This document shows positions 26,063 through 39,062 of a stretch of 64,000 nt of DNA, piece by piece. The notes beneath the pieces are model-generated. The model searched no databases. It was not told where the DNA came from and saw only the letters and a program-made list of their open reading frames with translations. The translations under genes and the position numbers were made by a program. Source of the DNA: Epiperipatus broadwayi (taxonomy: Eukaryota > Animalia > Onychophora); assembly GCA_028023455.1 (NCBI GenBank), contig JAQFVV010000011.1, positions 2,108,001 to 2,172,000 on the forward strand, given 5' to 3'. Positions within the stretch are counted from its first letter, which is position 1, and every line of letters starts with the position of its first letter.

Positions 26063-28554
26063 ATTGAATAAAGAGCATTGTGAAAAGTGCAAAAAAGGTA
26101 TTTTTTGATGATATATTTAATATATGCAAAACAAAACAGAAAAATAAAATAAATTTAAAAATTTGAATAAAGAATTTTCTATAAATAGCACAAAAACAAA
26201 TAAAAACTAAATTTAAAAAGAAATTCAAACGATTTTTAATGAATTTATAAAAAAATCCCCAAAATACACAAACAGGCTATGTTGAATATTTAAAAAAATA
26301 AACAGTTACAAATTTCACGGAGAGCAAAAAATGATGAAAGAAAATGATCTCAAGAATGAAACTTAGATTAATCTCATTACGTAAAACATTGGCATTAACA
26401 ATAAAATAACAAACTACAAAATACTCAAAAAAAAAATAGAATATTATATGTTAAGTTCCATGAGATTAAAATAAAAGAGAATGGATGAATTGTGTGATAT
26501 AATTACAAGATGAAGAATTAGCATCTGGCTAATAACATACTAGAAAAAAGAGGTGCATGTAAAAATCCTTCTCATACAAGTAAGGCAGATGAAATTGAAA
26601 AGCATACCATGCAAAACATAAGATAACATGGAGATACAATCAACCAACAAATTGAAAATATGATATAGAATGCAATTGAAGAACTCTGCCTAATGTTTGA
26701 CTTATGATCAAGCTTTAATATATAAATATTGCAATTTATTGATTTTATAATGGAATTTCTTTTGACATATACTTATTAATTATTACTGTCATCAACTTAT
26801 ATACATACATCCATGAGTAAGCACATATACACACGTTTTTCTAAATTTTTATCAAAATGTTCTTTGTCTCAAACTCCATATTGCAATTATTTACCAAATG
26901 TAAAAATTCTAAACCATTCTCTCACACCATATGTATTTCATAAATAACCTTCTACATATGTTAAACAGTATGATGTCCACCTTCATACTGACAGTCTGAT
27001 ACACAGACATATATAACAGGATTACATTCAGAATCTACATGTCTTTGTTTTTTTAATATTTTATTGTTATTTTAATATATATATAATGAAAAGTTTGTTT
27101 ATATAAATTTTAACAAATGGAAGATTAACTCACTATAATGGAGAGAGCATGTCTCCAGAAGCCCCCCCCCCTCTTAAAAATATTGAAGATCTATGAATTT
27201 ATAGATGATGAAAAGCAAAACCATGTCTGGGTGCCTGTGACAAAACTACTAGTTTTAGCACTAGATAAAGTGCTTCCAAAAGAAAATTAACACTAGCATT
27301 GCATAATTACTATAAATTTTTAAAAAAATTTAACGTAAATCAATTTAAACAAATATGGTTAGGATCCTTATGTTTTTAAAATAAAAAATGTTAACCAATG
27401 AGGCATTTCCTGAAAAAAAATTTATATGCAGGTAATTCTGTCACTGATTCTAGAATATTTAAATTAACATTTTTCCTTCATGCTTTTTAATGGTATAACA
27501 ACAGTCACTAAAGTTTTATGACATAGCACAAGAATGCCTTGTATAATTTTATGCAATGATAGAATCATAGAACCAAATGTTAAAATTTCTTGAATCAATT
27601 CTCAGTTAAGCAAAACAAAAAATAAAAATCTATTTGGTTAATTAAATGAAACTGTACATAATCTGTAACTTTAGTGTTAAATGTCACATGATATGCATAC
27701 AAGAGGCTAAGATGTTTATGAAGTGCTAAGCATTCACAAGCTAAAATAAAATTTGTTGGAAAGATGTCAGACAATGGTTATGTTGCATCAACAGTAATTC
27801 ATATATAAATAAACTGGAAAGATATCAGTTCCAAGTCTTCTTGTATGTAATATATATTTTTACAGTTATCATACTATATGGGAAAAAATGACAAATCACT
27901 CTGGAGTATACATGTGATTCAGAAATAATCTTCAATGACTACCTTGGAGCATTATCACAAAACCATATGTAAATAACAGCCATTCGTCGTATATATTTAA
28001 AGCTCAAATATTTAGCTTTAAGGTCATTTTTTATTGGGAAAATAAGATTGAATATTTACATGTTTAGTGACTTGCTGATATATTAAATTTACCAGGATAA
28101 CTAATGCATGAAATGAGAAATTGGAGTTATCTACTGATGATAATGAACCTGCCTCATGCTAGGCAATTGGATGCAATGATATGAAATAATTATGTAACAA
28201 TAATAAAACAGCTATATGTATTAATATGCTAAAGTAAATTAATAACAAAACATTTCTCATTATCTTAAAATATTCCTCTAATCTACCTGTAAACCAATCC
28301 TCTCTTGGTTGGCTAAAGAGTCATTTGGTAAAAACAGCTTTCTTGTTCCATAAATCAAGTAAAATCTATCTACCAAAGACACCTTGTAGAAAGCCATCTA
28401 TTCTAAAAACAAAAATATTGCACTTCCTCATTATTGTTTTCAGTTGCTAACTGATTGCAAACCACTGATATTTATGATATAAATCATATATATATATATA
28501 CAACTGCTCTTATTAATTATATACCATGAATGTAAGATACATGTCTATATATAC

Positions 28555-28927
28555 TGTAACAGAATAAAAATATAGCCCAATTGTTGGTTGCCATTTGGAA
28601 CAGATTAAAAATGAGAATAAGGTATGAGAATAAGAGAACGTGAGTTAACCTCACAAATTGAGACACCATTCATAACAATATAAATCTAGCCTAAATGTTG
28701 AGTGCCATTTGTACAAAATAAAAGTGTGACAGGCTCTTATTTAATAGCTCCAGAGATTTGGGTGGCATTTGTAACAGAATAAACTGAGTCATGACTGAAT
28801 AGGAAGAAGGACCATAGTATGCCCTATAAATTTCTGCCACTTGTAACAGAATGAAAATGATATTGATAGGAAATGAAGACTTTTGTATAACCTGCCAATT
28901 TTAAGACACCAATTGTATCAAAATAAA
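28555..28927. repeat. Array of about 6 degenerate 38-40-bp motifs separated by unique 0-35-bp spacers
   Basis: Approximate consensus tagccc-aaatttg-gg(c/t)gccatttgtaacagaataaaa. Confidence 0.7.
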
Positions 28928-30303
28928 GTATAACTTAATAATTCATGATCAATTATAAATGAATAAAATAAAAATAATGCTAATAAAAATGAAAATAGAA
29001 ACAGTACTAACAGAATAATGTTATCTTATAAATAATAATATGTCCTTGTTGATAAACCAATCACAATGGGATAAAATATTTAATAGAGATAAAAGGTTTT
29101 GTTATCTTACAGATTCATATACATTAATCTATCTTTAATAAAATACATAAAATTCTCTCTTTTAAAACTTTATAAATTTACAACATCAAATTATAACGGG
29201 ATAAAGTGTCTACAATACAAAACTATAACAAAATACAATACCTAAAATCAATTTATTTAATATGTTTCAGCACTTATGCCAACTTATAATAATATAAATA
29301 CAAGCCAAGGCTTCACATAACCTTATAATTTACAATATCCATAATGACAACAAACACTTATACAAATACAATTAGTAAATCATATCAAATTATCCTTCAA
29401 ACTAGTAAAGCCAAGTAGTAAATATTAAACTCTGAATTATAATTCCCCTAATATGCATAGTATTATTAATACTCTATTATAAGAAAAAGATAATATTAAA
29501 AGTTTAATATTTAAATTGAATAATCTACTCCAATGAGCTTTAAATCTAAGTAAAGTAAATCATTCTATTTAATGAAATTCAAATACCAATTTCAATATAT
29601 GCAATTGTCAATTTTATAATATCATAAGATTTCCACTTTTTTAACTAATATTAAGTTACTATAACATAAGCCAATAAATAAAGGTTTAAAAAAATATGTA
29701 TGCATCCAATTATAATCACCTTTGTTTATCCTAAATAATTAATATATTTTGGAAACCACTGAACTAGCTCAGATATATATTTTATCCAAAAATAACTATT
29801 CAATATAACTGTTAAAATAATTGTAGTGATATAATTAATTATTAAACATCTAGCAATATCAAATCAATTAATCTATTATTATCTAAAAATGTATACCCGG
29901 TTTAAATGATAATATATTGGGTTTACTATAAAAAAAATAATAAGTAATAATACATACACTTACCAACCCAATCATTTAAGTCCTGGATTATTTTATGATT
30001 ATTATAAACTATATGGTGTAAGTTAATACACGATCACTATCTCAAAATTTTATTAGCCAATAGGTTTGCATTATTAAGTGAATGACAACTAAAGCAACTT
30101 TATTTGTTTAAATGAATTTAAAATTTATTAACAATAAGTATATATAAAAAATAATAATGACAAATAGACAGTAAATGTTTATGACATACATTCCAATTAA
30201 ATATCATGAAAGATATTTTCAGTATAAATTAATATTAATAAAATGAGTGTTTATATATCAAAAATTCACCTATATAGTATTTAATATATGATATATAAAA
30301 TGA

Positions 30304-30463
30304 GGCTGCAGAAAGAAGTTAACTGAAAGGAGACCCTTTGATTCCTCTTGGAGGTCTTAAAGAACCAAGCAGGGCAAATTCTTAATGTCCACTCCATACA
30401 CTCTTGTCATTGCAGCTGTTATTACTATGTGATTATTCATATAGTATACAAACATGGATGGGC
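30304..30463 (+). ncRNA. HDV-like ribozyme fold at the RTE 5' end, P3 decayed
   Basis: P1 GGCTGCA/TGCAGCT with G1-U; P2 GTCCA(C)TCCAT/ATGGATGGGC; P4 TACTATGTGA/TCATATAGTA; 3+7+3 P3/L3 spacing; J4/2 contains CAAA. Confidence 0.65.
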
Positions 30464-33400
30464 TGTTTACCGACATGCATTAGACAGGGTGGTGAGTTAA
30501 GTGGCTTTTTACCTCTGAGTTTAAGATCAAAAAACACCATGGTCTTTCTTCTCAGTTGCCTGATAAGGTGGAATGAATGTTTGTGTAAATGATAAATATT
30601 TTTCCAATACATATATACAATTATGACAGACAAAAATAAATCATGGCCCTTATTCCCAGGAGGTTGTAAAGTCACCAACCAAGGCAGCAGTTGGTGGCCA
30701 AAGGCAGAGGGTGCTAAGAATCCCCTGATTGTGGACACAGGCTGCCATTTAATGACGACTTTTTATTTAGGTATTTACAACTGCAGATCACTTTCAAGTG
30801 AAGGAAGATTGCAAGAATTAGAAGAGAGAACTGTCTTATATTAAATGGGACATTATTGGACTTTGTGAAGTTAGAAGAAAAGGTGAAAAAACAATTGATT
30901 TAAAAAGTGGACATGTACTCTATTATAAAGGCACAAATATTGGAAATACAAGTGGAGTATGATTCATTATAAATAAAAAGTGGAAGAAGAACATTGTGGA
31001 GATTGATGGTGTATCGGACAGGGTGGCAAGATTAGTTATACAACTTAATAGCAGATACCAAATGCAGATAATTCAGGTTTATGCCCCAACAAGTTCTCAT
31101 AGTGATGAAGTAGTAGAAGATTTTTATATGGATGTACAAAAGGCTTTTGATCAGAGTAAACAACATTATAAAATTGTTATCGGAGACTTTAATGCTAGAA
31201 TTGGTAAACAAATGAAAGATGAAAGTGCTGTAGGTAATTTTGGTTATGGTAATAGAAATGAGAGAGGACATAGACTTGTGGAGTTTGCAGAAAAAAAAAA
31301 CTTTATATTATGAATTCTTTTTTTGAAAAAAAATGTTAAAAGGAAATGGACATGGAAGCATCCAAATGAAGGTACAGCAGAATTGGATTATATTTTGACT
31401 AACAGAAAATACATATTTCAAGATTGTAATGTTCTTAATAAATTTATCACAGGAAGTGATCATCGATTAGTAAGATGTAAGATACATGTTAATGCAAAAC
31501 TAGAGAGACAAAAATTATTAAAAAAAACAATATTTACAGTTGATATTCCTAATCTTCAGAAACATTCTAATGAATTTAAATTAGAACTTACAAATCGGTT
31601 TCAAGTATTAGTAGATTTTGAACATGATTCAGATTTGAATGAAATTAATATGAAAATAACTGATACACTTTTAAAAACTGCAATAAAGATAGCTGCTAGA
31701 AAAAAGCAGCAACTGACCAATAAAATTTCTACTGAGACTAGAGGATTTATGAAGAAAAGAAGGAATATAAAGATATACCAAAACAATGCATTAAAAAGGA
31801 TTGAATATCTCGAATTTTGTAAAATGGTGCGGAAAAGAGTTGAAAATGATATAAGATAGTATAACTATAAACTAGCAAGGAAATCTGTAGAAGAAAATAA
31901 AAGTCTCCAAGAATGTAAAACAACATTTTGGTATTGGTAGGAAATTTATATCTGCAATAAGAAAAAAAGATGGAATTATTACTAAAAAGAGACATGACAT
32001 CATGAAATGGGTAGAAGACTTTTATCAAGAATTATATAGTAATAAAGAACAAGTACCTCCTATATCTATTACATCTTCCAAATTGCCCAGAATTTTAAAT
32101 GAAGAAGTGAGATATGCAATTAAATGTACAATGAAAGGAAAGGCTCTAGGTAATGATGGAATTATAATTGATATATTAAAAGAAGCAGGTGAAGAAATAA
32201 AAAAAGTTTTAGCAAAGATATATACCAAATGTCTAAATGATAAAGATGTACCAGATGATTGGAAGAATGCAGTAATAATATTAATATTTAAAAAAGGTGA
32301 TAAAGAAGATATTAGAAATTACAGACCTATCAGCCTTTTATCAATTTTATACAAAATTTTTACCAAGATAATTACAATTCATCTACAGAGAACATTGGAT
32401 TTCCACCAACCAAGAGAACAAGCTGGATTTAAAAGTGGTTTTAATACAGTAGATCATATCCAGGTATTGAGAGAAGTTATAGAAAGGACAAATGAATACA
32501 AGTTGCCATTGTGTTTTGGATTTGTAGATTATAAAAAGGCATTTGATTCCATAAACATTTCTTCAGTGATTAAAGCAGTTGGATCATCAAGGTATAGATC
32601 CAGGATATTGTCATATTTTAAAGAATATTTAAAAAAAATTGCAACAGCAACAACAGCAACAATTAGATTACATAATGATACTGGGAAAGTCAACATTGAG
32701 AAGGGTGTAAGACAAGGTGACTCCATATCTCCAAAACTTTTTACAGCAGTGCTGCAAGAAGTATTTTGTGGATTAAAATGGGAAACTAAAGGAGTGAAAG
32801 TAAATGGAGATTATTTAAAGACATTTAGATTTTTCAGATGATGTAGTTGTTTTTGCAAATAATGCTTCAGAACTTCAGGAAATGTTGCAGGAGTTATCAG
32901 AAAGATAAATGTTAAAAAGACTAAAGTAATGTTTAATCGATTTGCTCAAAATATGAAAATAAAGATTGATTATGATGAATTAGAAGAAGTTAACAGTTAC
33001 AAATACCTTGGTCATATTATCAATACAGATGGAAACATAATGGATGAAATTAATCATAGAATTAAATTTGGTTGGAGTGCTTTCGGTAGAAATAACTTGA
33101 TACTAAAAGGAAATATGCCTATGTGTTTGAAAAGAAAGGTTTTTAACAAATGTGTTTTTCCAGTTCTTACTTATGGATCTGAGACTAGGACACTTAATAG
33201 AAGAGAAATACAGAGACTTCAGACCAATCAAAGAAGTATGGAGAGATGCATGCTGGGAGTAACGAGATCAAAAATGCAATGTATGGGTAAGAGAACAAAT
33301 AGGTGTTACTGACCTTATTGAAAAAATTAAAAGATTGAAGTGGAGTTGGGCTGGACATATTGCTAGAAGAGATGACAATAGATGGACAATTGAAGTCTTA

Positions 33401-33572
33401 AACTGGATACCAAGAGATTGTAAAAGATCCAGAAATAGACCACATGTGAGATGGAGCGATGAGATGAGAAAGTGTGCAGGGGAGATGTGGAGAAAAGAAG
33501 CTGAAGATCAGAGAAGATGGATTGAACTTGGAGAGACCTTCATCCGCAGTGGATTGATAATGATTGATGATG
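30304..33572 (+). mobile_element. Full-length RTE-clade non-LTR retrotransposon, disrupted
   Basis: TSD ATATAAAATGA at 30293-30303 and 33573-33583. APE and RT remnants; (GAT)n tail. Confidence 0.95.
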
Positions 33573-33583
33573 ATATAAAATGA
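30765..33583 (+). pseudogene. APE endonuclease plus reverse transcriptase ORF of the RTE, multiple frameshifts and stops
   Basis: IIQVYAPT, IGDFNARIG, ELDYIL, SDHRLV (APE). NYRPISLLS, REQAGF, FVDYKKAFDS, KGVRQGDSISPKLF (RT). YKYLG and KWSWAGH. Confidence 0.95.
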
Positions 33584-33831
33584 AAATGTTGCAGCATACG
33601 TACATTATTTAAAATACAAGAAAAGTTAATGACACTTCTATTGATTAATATAAAATATAATAATTATAAATTTGTTTATTCGTCACCTTACTTTCCAAAT
33701 ATAATATCAATGAATAATTGTTACAATATAATTCTTACAGATTTTCACCACTTATAACAGATATATCCCAAAGTAATTTGCAATCAATGAATAAACATAT
33801 ATTTTAAATCAAAGTTTTAACTAGTAGTAGT

Positions 33832-33845
33832 CCACTAGAGGGAGC
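33832..33845 (+). promoter_or_regulatory. CTCF-like motif
   Basis: CCACTAGAGGGAGC, one mismatch to CCACTAGAGGGCGC. Confidence 0.3.
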
Positions 33846-36814
33846 CAAGGACTCCAGTTAACACTGTTTCTGGCTCCCTGTTTCGTTCCCATTTTTCTAG
33901 TTCAGGGAATTAAATTTCTCTAAAATTATCCATATAGAAAAGAGGAGTTTATTGTACACACTATATCAACAATGTAATCACAAGTAAGCATAATTTCAAT
34001 TTTTATAAAAACACTATGTAAATATATGGCAGCCACTGAAATTACAAACGATTTCTACAGAAATTTTACTTTTTAATGAAAATTTTCATTTCACTTAATT
34101 TTGTTGAATGAATGAGAGGGTCCAGTTGTTGGGGGCACTCCCAGGAATTTAAATCTTAGTTCTTTTGAGGGAGGGGTCTGGGATGAGGGCGCTGTGGTGA
34201 TCGTTACCAATGTTGGTTTTTCTCATTCACAAGATAGAAAAAATAATGTCATTTATGGTGATTCTTTAACGTTATCATTATGAGTGATTTTATCCATGTA
34301 TTATTGCAAAATAGGTCATAGTTTGGTCTCATGATTCTAATTGCAAGTGATCCACCTTATTTAATTTTATTACTTCCAATGTGGATATTGATAGGGCTGG
34401 TCTTTTGCTGTTCATGTGATTTTCATGATGGATTAGAATGGTTTTCAGCAGAGACATTTTGAAGCTTGGATTTTTTTCCCCTTGTTCTCCATAGGTTTTC
34501 CATAATTTTTCCAAAGTATTCAGGATTGCTCTCTTGTGAGGATATTCAAGGCCATTTGGAAGAACTGAACAGTAGATTGATAGTCCATATTTTATGTTAT
34601 CTCCATGTGTTTTCCTATTTCTCAACTTTCCCAATATTGTACTCCTAAAAGACTATTCATATTTGATTTCCAGACTTTACAAATAATTCCTAATTGCAAC
34701 ATTCATTTGTCTTTAATGGTTAATACAAACCCTTTCCACATCCCTTTCCCTTTTCATATGTATCCTTCCCCCCTTCACTATGTTGCTCCAGAATTTCATT
34801 TTTACCATTCTTTGTAAACCACTTATTTAACTACATTTGTATCTTTTTTTTGATGAATAAACTTTCATCACTGAGAAAAAAAAAAAAGTTTTAACTAGTA
34901 AAATTTAGAATATAAATGTAAATTTCATTTCATTTCATTTTATTTTCACATATACAAAACAAACAATTAACTAACTTAAGATGTATTAATTGATAACATT
35001 TATAAATATAATAATAAAGTACATCTTAATATGTGACTTGATTACCATCCTCTATATGACACTTCATGGAAATGCAATAATTCCAGTGTCTATCCCAAAA
35101 GCTATATTTTAATAGCATTTACTAATCCAAACAAAGTAAAAATATCATAAACAGTTATCCAAAACAATGTGTATTTACCAAATTCCAATATCCTTGAAGT
35201 ATTGAACTTCATCCTTTATCTAGCAAATATTTAATATTGATTTCTATTTATGACAACACTACATAAACATAAAGTGGTTTAAATCCTATGTCAAAGTACT
35301 CCATTGGCATTAGGGAACAATTCTTATATACAGCAATATGTTGTTAGCATCTATATTTCATTATTAAAATGTTTTGTTCACATGTAATAATCATTTTCAG
35401 TTGGGAAATATCAAGCTGAATTTAAATGCTATAAATTACTTTTTCTTTCTTTTAACAAGTTTTTGCTAACCTTATCCAATTCCCTAGACAAATATAATCC
35501 TTTCTACTCCATCATTTTTGTGGTAATCAAGCAAATACTTTCAAAATAAAATAAAATATTATATAAAAGATCTTAGGGTTTGCTTTTATGAAATTCAGAA
35601 TGCCAGAGCTCAAATTTGAATCTTTCAGCCTTATTAATAACCTCTTACAATTAACATCAACAAAACTAAGGATACACTCTTATACTGAAATCACTCTGCA
35701 TTCATACTTAAAATCTCTTTTACAATAATAATAAGATAAACAAAATATTTTATAAGCATTATATATAACAAATAAACATAATAACAGATGCCTTCATATA
35801 CATTGTTTATAATTTACAACTTATGAATGCAATAAATAAAATACATATAATAATAAAAAAAAAACAATAATGCATTTTAAATGAATAAATTTAATTTATA
35901 ATTTTACATTGGAATAATAACACATTTCTTGCTTTAACATTCATTGTCATACTAATCTATTTCAATAATCTTAAACCAATGCATTTCCTATTAAAATTAA
36001 TTAGAAAATAATGAAAAAAAATATCTTTTTTAATATGACATTCCACCACATAACACCAAATTTCAGTGGACACAATATATAATAATGAAAAAGATGGAAA
36101 TAAGCATTATTACTAACAATAACAATTATATTCATAAAAAAACATTAATATCATGTCATATTACAATAATAAAATACAAAATGAGATAAATAAACACATC
36201 TGATAAAGACTTTCATTAATAAAACTAGGTTTAAATACATTCTTGAATATTTATTGTAAAGCACTTAATATATTTTGATCATAACTTATCAAATGATGTT
36301 TACTTAATTAGTGGGGGAAAACTACAAGACAAATACACAGAAAAACAAAAAATCTAACTCTGCCTCCATCCATACAATTTAAGTCTCTATCAATATTTTT
36401 TTTTAATAAGCAAAGACAAGACAAAAAATACTACACATATATGTTTAGGGTCTTATAAATGTAACTATTTCAGAAGTTGAATAAAGTATTTATTCTTATG
36501 GATCAATTGTGAACATCATGTTTGTGCATAAACATAGTCATTGGTACCTGGTAAAGTTAAATCTTTAATCTGTCTATGATAAATCTTGAAGATTTGGTTT
36601 CTATGTGACTTTTTCCAAGATTATCTGTAATTCCTTGTATAGCTTTGTCCTTGGGTTATAGACTTACTTCATGAATGTAACTAAATTCCCAATTTTATTT
36701 CTAAGCAGGCAATTTAGCACATTGGGCTTATTGTGATTCAGGTAATCGTGTCAAGCAATCAGGCAGGTAGCAATCTATCACCTCAGAACTTTCTAGGTTT
36801 TTCTAAATGTGATG

Positions 36815-37225
36815 TCCTTTCCTCTCTGAGGAACTTGTACAATGGGTAAGACAAATACATACTTCTATCAGCCTTTGGCCAATCATTCTAGAGGTCATAA
36901 CAGCCTCACTGAAAGATTGCATAACTTTGTTAAAAATATGCTAAAAAGTACATAAAAAAATTACTTTTCTAAGGTTTTTATTTCATAATTTGCTGCTTAA
37001 GTTTATTATGTAGATGCATTAGGAAAGCTATCCATTCACCACAACAAAAAGGTAATAAGAACCTTGGAAAAGAATGTGTAATATGTTTCTTTAGGGTGTT
37101 CTTTAACCAAAGTTGTGCAATCTTTCTTTAAAGCTGTTATAGCCTACAAAATGATTGGCTAAAGGCTCCTAAAAGTAAGCTATTGGCCTTACACTATATA
37201 GTTTCTTGAGAGATGGAAAGATGCA
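36815..37225. repeat. Degenerate inverted repeat pair (36815-36905 vs 37130-37225), MITE-like
   Basis: cagcctttggccaatcattctagaggtcataacagc versus gctgttatagcctacaaaatgattggctaaaggct. Confidence 0.6.
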
Positions 37226-37351
37226 TAATAAAACTATTAATGTGATCTCTGCTGGTATTATGGAAGATATCTACAACAATACTAGGATATTAGGCTTTTG
37301 AAATGAAAAACAACTACATGGCATTAGCAACTATAGATCACCTTAAATGCT

Positions 37352-37440
37352 ACCATGATTCCTCAAAAATAAGACAGGGTCTTATATTAATTTTTCTCCA
37401 AAAGACACTGTAGGGTTTATTTTCAGGGGACATCTTACTT
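37352..37440. mobile_element. Solo end of the Tc2-like MITE family at 41960
   Basis: taccatgattcctcaaaaataagacagggtcttatattaatttt matches the TIR and subterminal region of 41960-42653. Confidence 0.65.
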
Positions 37441-38089
37441 TTTTATCTATAAAAATGTACATTTATTCAAGTATTTCTTCTCTTAATAAAAATCTGTAAG
37501 ATTTTTACCCAGGGAGCCCCCCTCCCCCCACAATTCTTTTCTTGGACTCACCAGAATACCTTCCTTTTCATACTCATCTCATCTGGCACTCAGAATATTA
37601 TTACGTTTAAATTTACCATTAAATCAAGTATTAATTACAGTTAATAAAAGTTTGTCCACACAAAAGCAATAAACAAATTCAAGCACTAAAATTCAGAAAA
37701 TAATTCTCTATTTCACATGTGCACATTAAGTATGTCCATTAACATACAGCATAATGAATTATAACAATTCATATATGACACAACCATGTCCATCCGTTAT
37801 CAACTACTCAAATTGTAAACACTCCAAAATATTTGTAATAGCTCTGCTTGGTATTCTTTTTAAAAACTTTTCTTTAGGAGAAAGATTGATGATTTAACTT
37901 AAGCAAAACTTTGATTATTACAATCACTTTCGTTATTTTAATAAAGTCTTTTAGGAGAAAAAAAAAATGTTTCAGAAATAAAACTAATTTTTTTTTTATC
38001 TTAAATATTTAAACACTATGATGATGAAACTCTAAAACTAAATCAAACAATCTAAATGAAGCAAAAAAAAAAAGAAAGGGGCTGATAAA

Positions 38090-39062
38090 GAAATTAACAG
38101 CAGGGTTAACGTATGGCAATGATGCGTTATGCATTTGTAAATGGTTCTTAGATTATTTAGAAATAGTAGAAGAGAAGTAGGAAGGCATGCATTAAGAGAT
38201 GTGGGGATGGCGAAGAAGTCAATTCAATGAGAAAATGGAATAGTCAAGTTTTTATATGAGAGATGCAAAAAGAAAAATGAAAATGTTGGGTAAATTGCAA
38301 TTTATGGATAGTATGAGAATAGATAGTATTTAATTGGGTTATGAAGGACAGGCAACAAAATGGGTGAGAAAGGTTAGTACAGTATGCAGAAGATTTGGAT
38401 AAAGACTTTATGTCAGTATATTTGTACAAAAGATGGGATGATTGTGTTAGGAAAATTGTTGAGGGTTATAATGACAAAGAATAGAATAGTAGATGCATTA
38501 ATAAAAAAAATAGGAAGTTGGAGAGATGGAGAACTAGTATAGAGAGTAAAAAGAGTTTAAATATATATAGAAGTAAACAGAATATTGGGTGTGAGTTAAT
38601 TTATGATAATAGCAAGGAAAGTAGTTTACTGTTTAAGGCTCAAACAAGATCATTATCAACAAGGGTATACATAAATGGAGGAAATATGGGTGATTTAGTC
38701 TGCAAGTTAGGTAAGGATGGCGTGGAATTAGGCATCTGATAATTAAATGTAAGTGCTTTTAAGAAGAAAGGGTACAGATTATGAAGTAGTAGGAGAATAA
38801 ATATAAAAAAGTGATTATACAGAAAGTGGGCTCTTGGTTTTTTATGCTGGGTTTGTAAAAAGATAAGGGGAATCTAGATATAAAGGCCATAGGATGGACA
38901 AAGATGATGTTGTGGAAATGAGATGGAGCAGGATAGAGAAGAACATGGGAAAAACTTAGGATGAGGAATGGAAAGGGAAGAAAAGGTGGTTAACAGGTTT
39001 CTCTGGGCATAGTGGCTGAGAGATTCCTGACCCAATAAAGGAGAAGCCATAGTGCATCACAT
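38090..39062 (+). mobile_element. Non-LTR retrotransposon 3' fragment with CCHC zinc-knuckle remnant
   Basis: YDNSKESSLLFKAQTRSL...VCKL...(R)HLIIKC. 3' UTR duplicated at 21865-22120; CATCAC tail. Confidence 0.65.

Noticed and set aside
28555-28927. CRISPR interpretation of the repeat-spacer array
   Set aside because: Eukaryotic context, highly degenerate repeats, irregular spacer lengths including about zero, and no cas genes.
30304-33572. Active RTE element
   Set aside because: Multiple frameshifts and stops, including just at the RT catalytic motif near 32835.
34130-35830. Possible minus-strand LINE remnants
   Set aside because: The composition looks like decayed coding sequence, but I could not identify a diagnostic motif.
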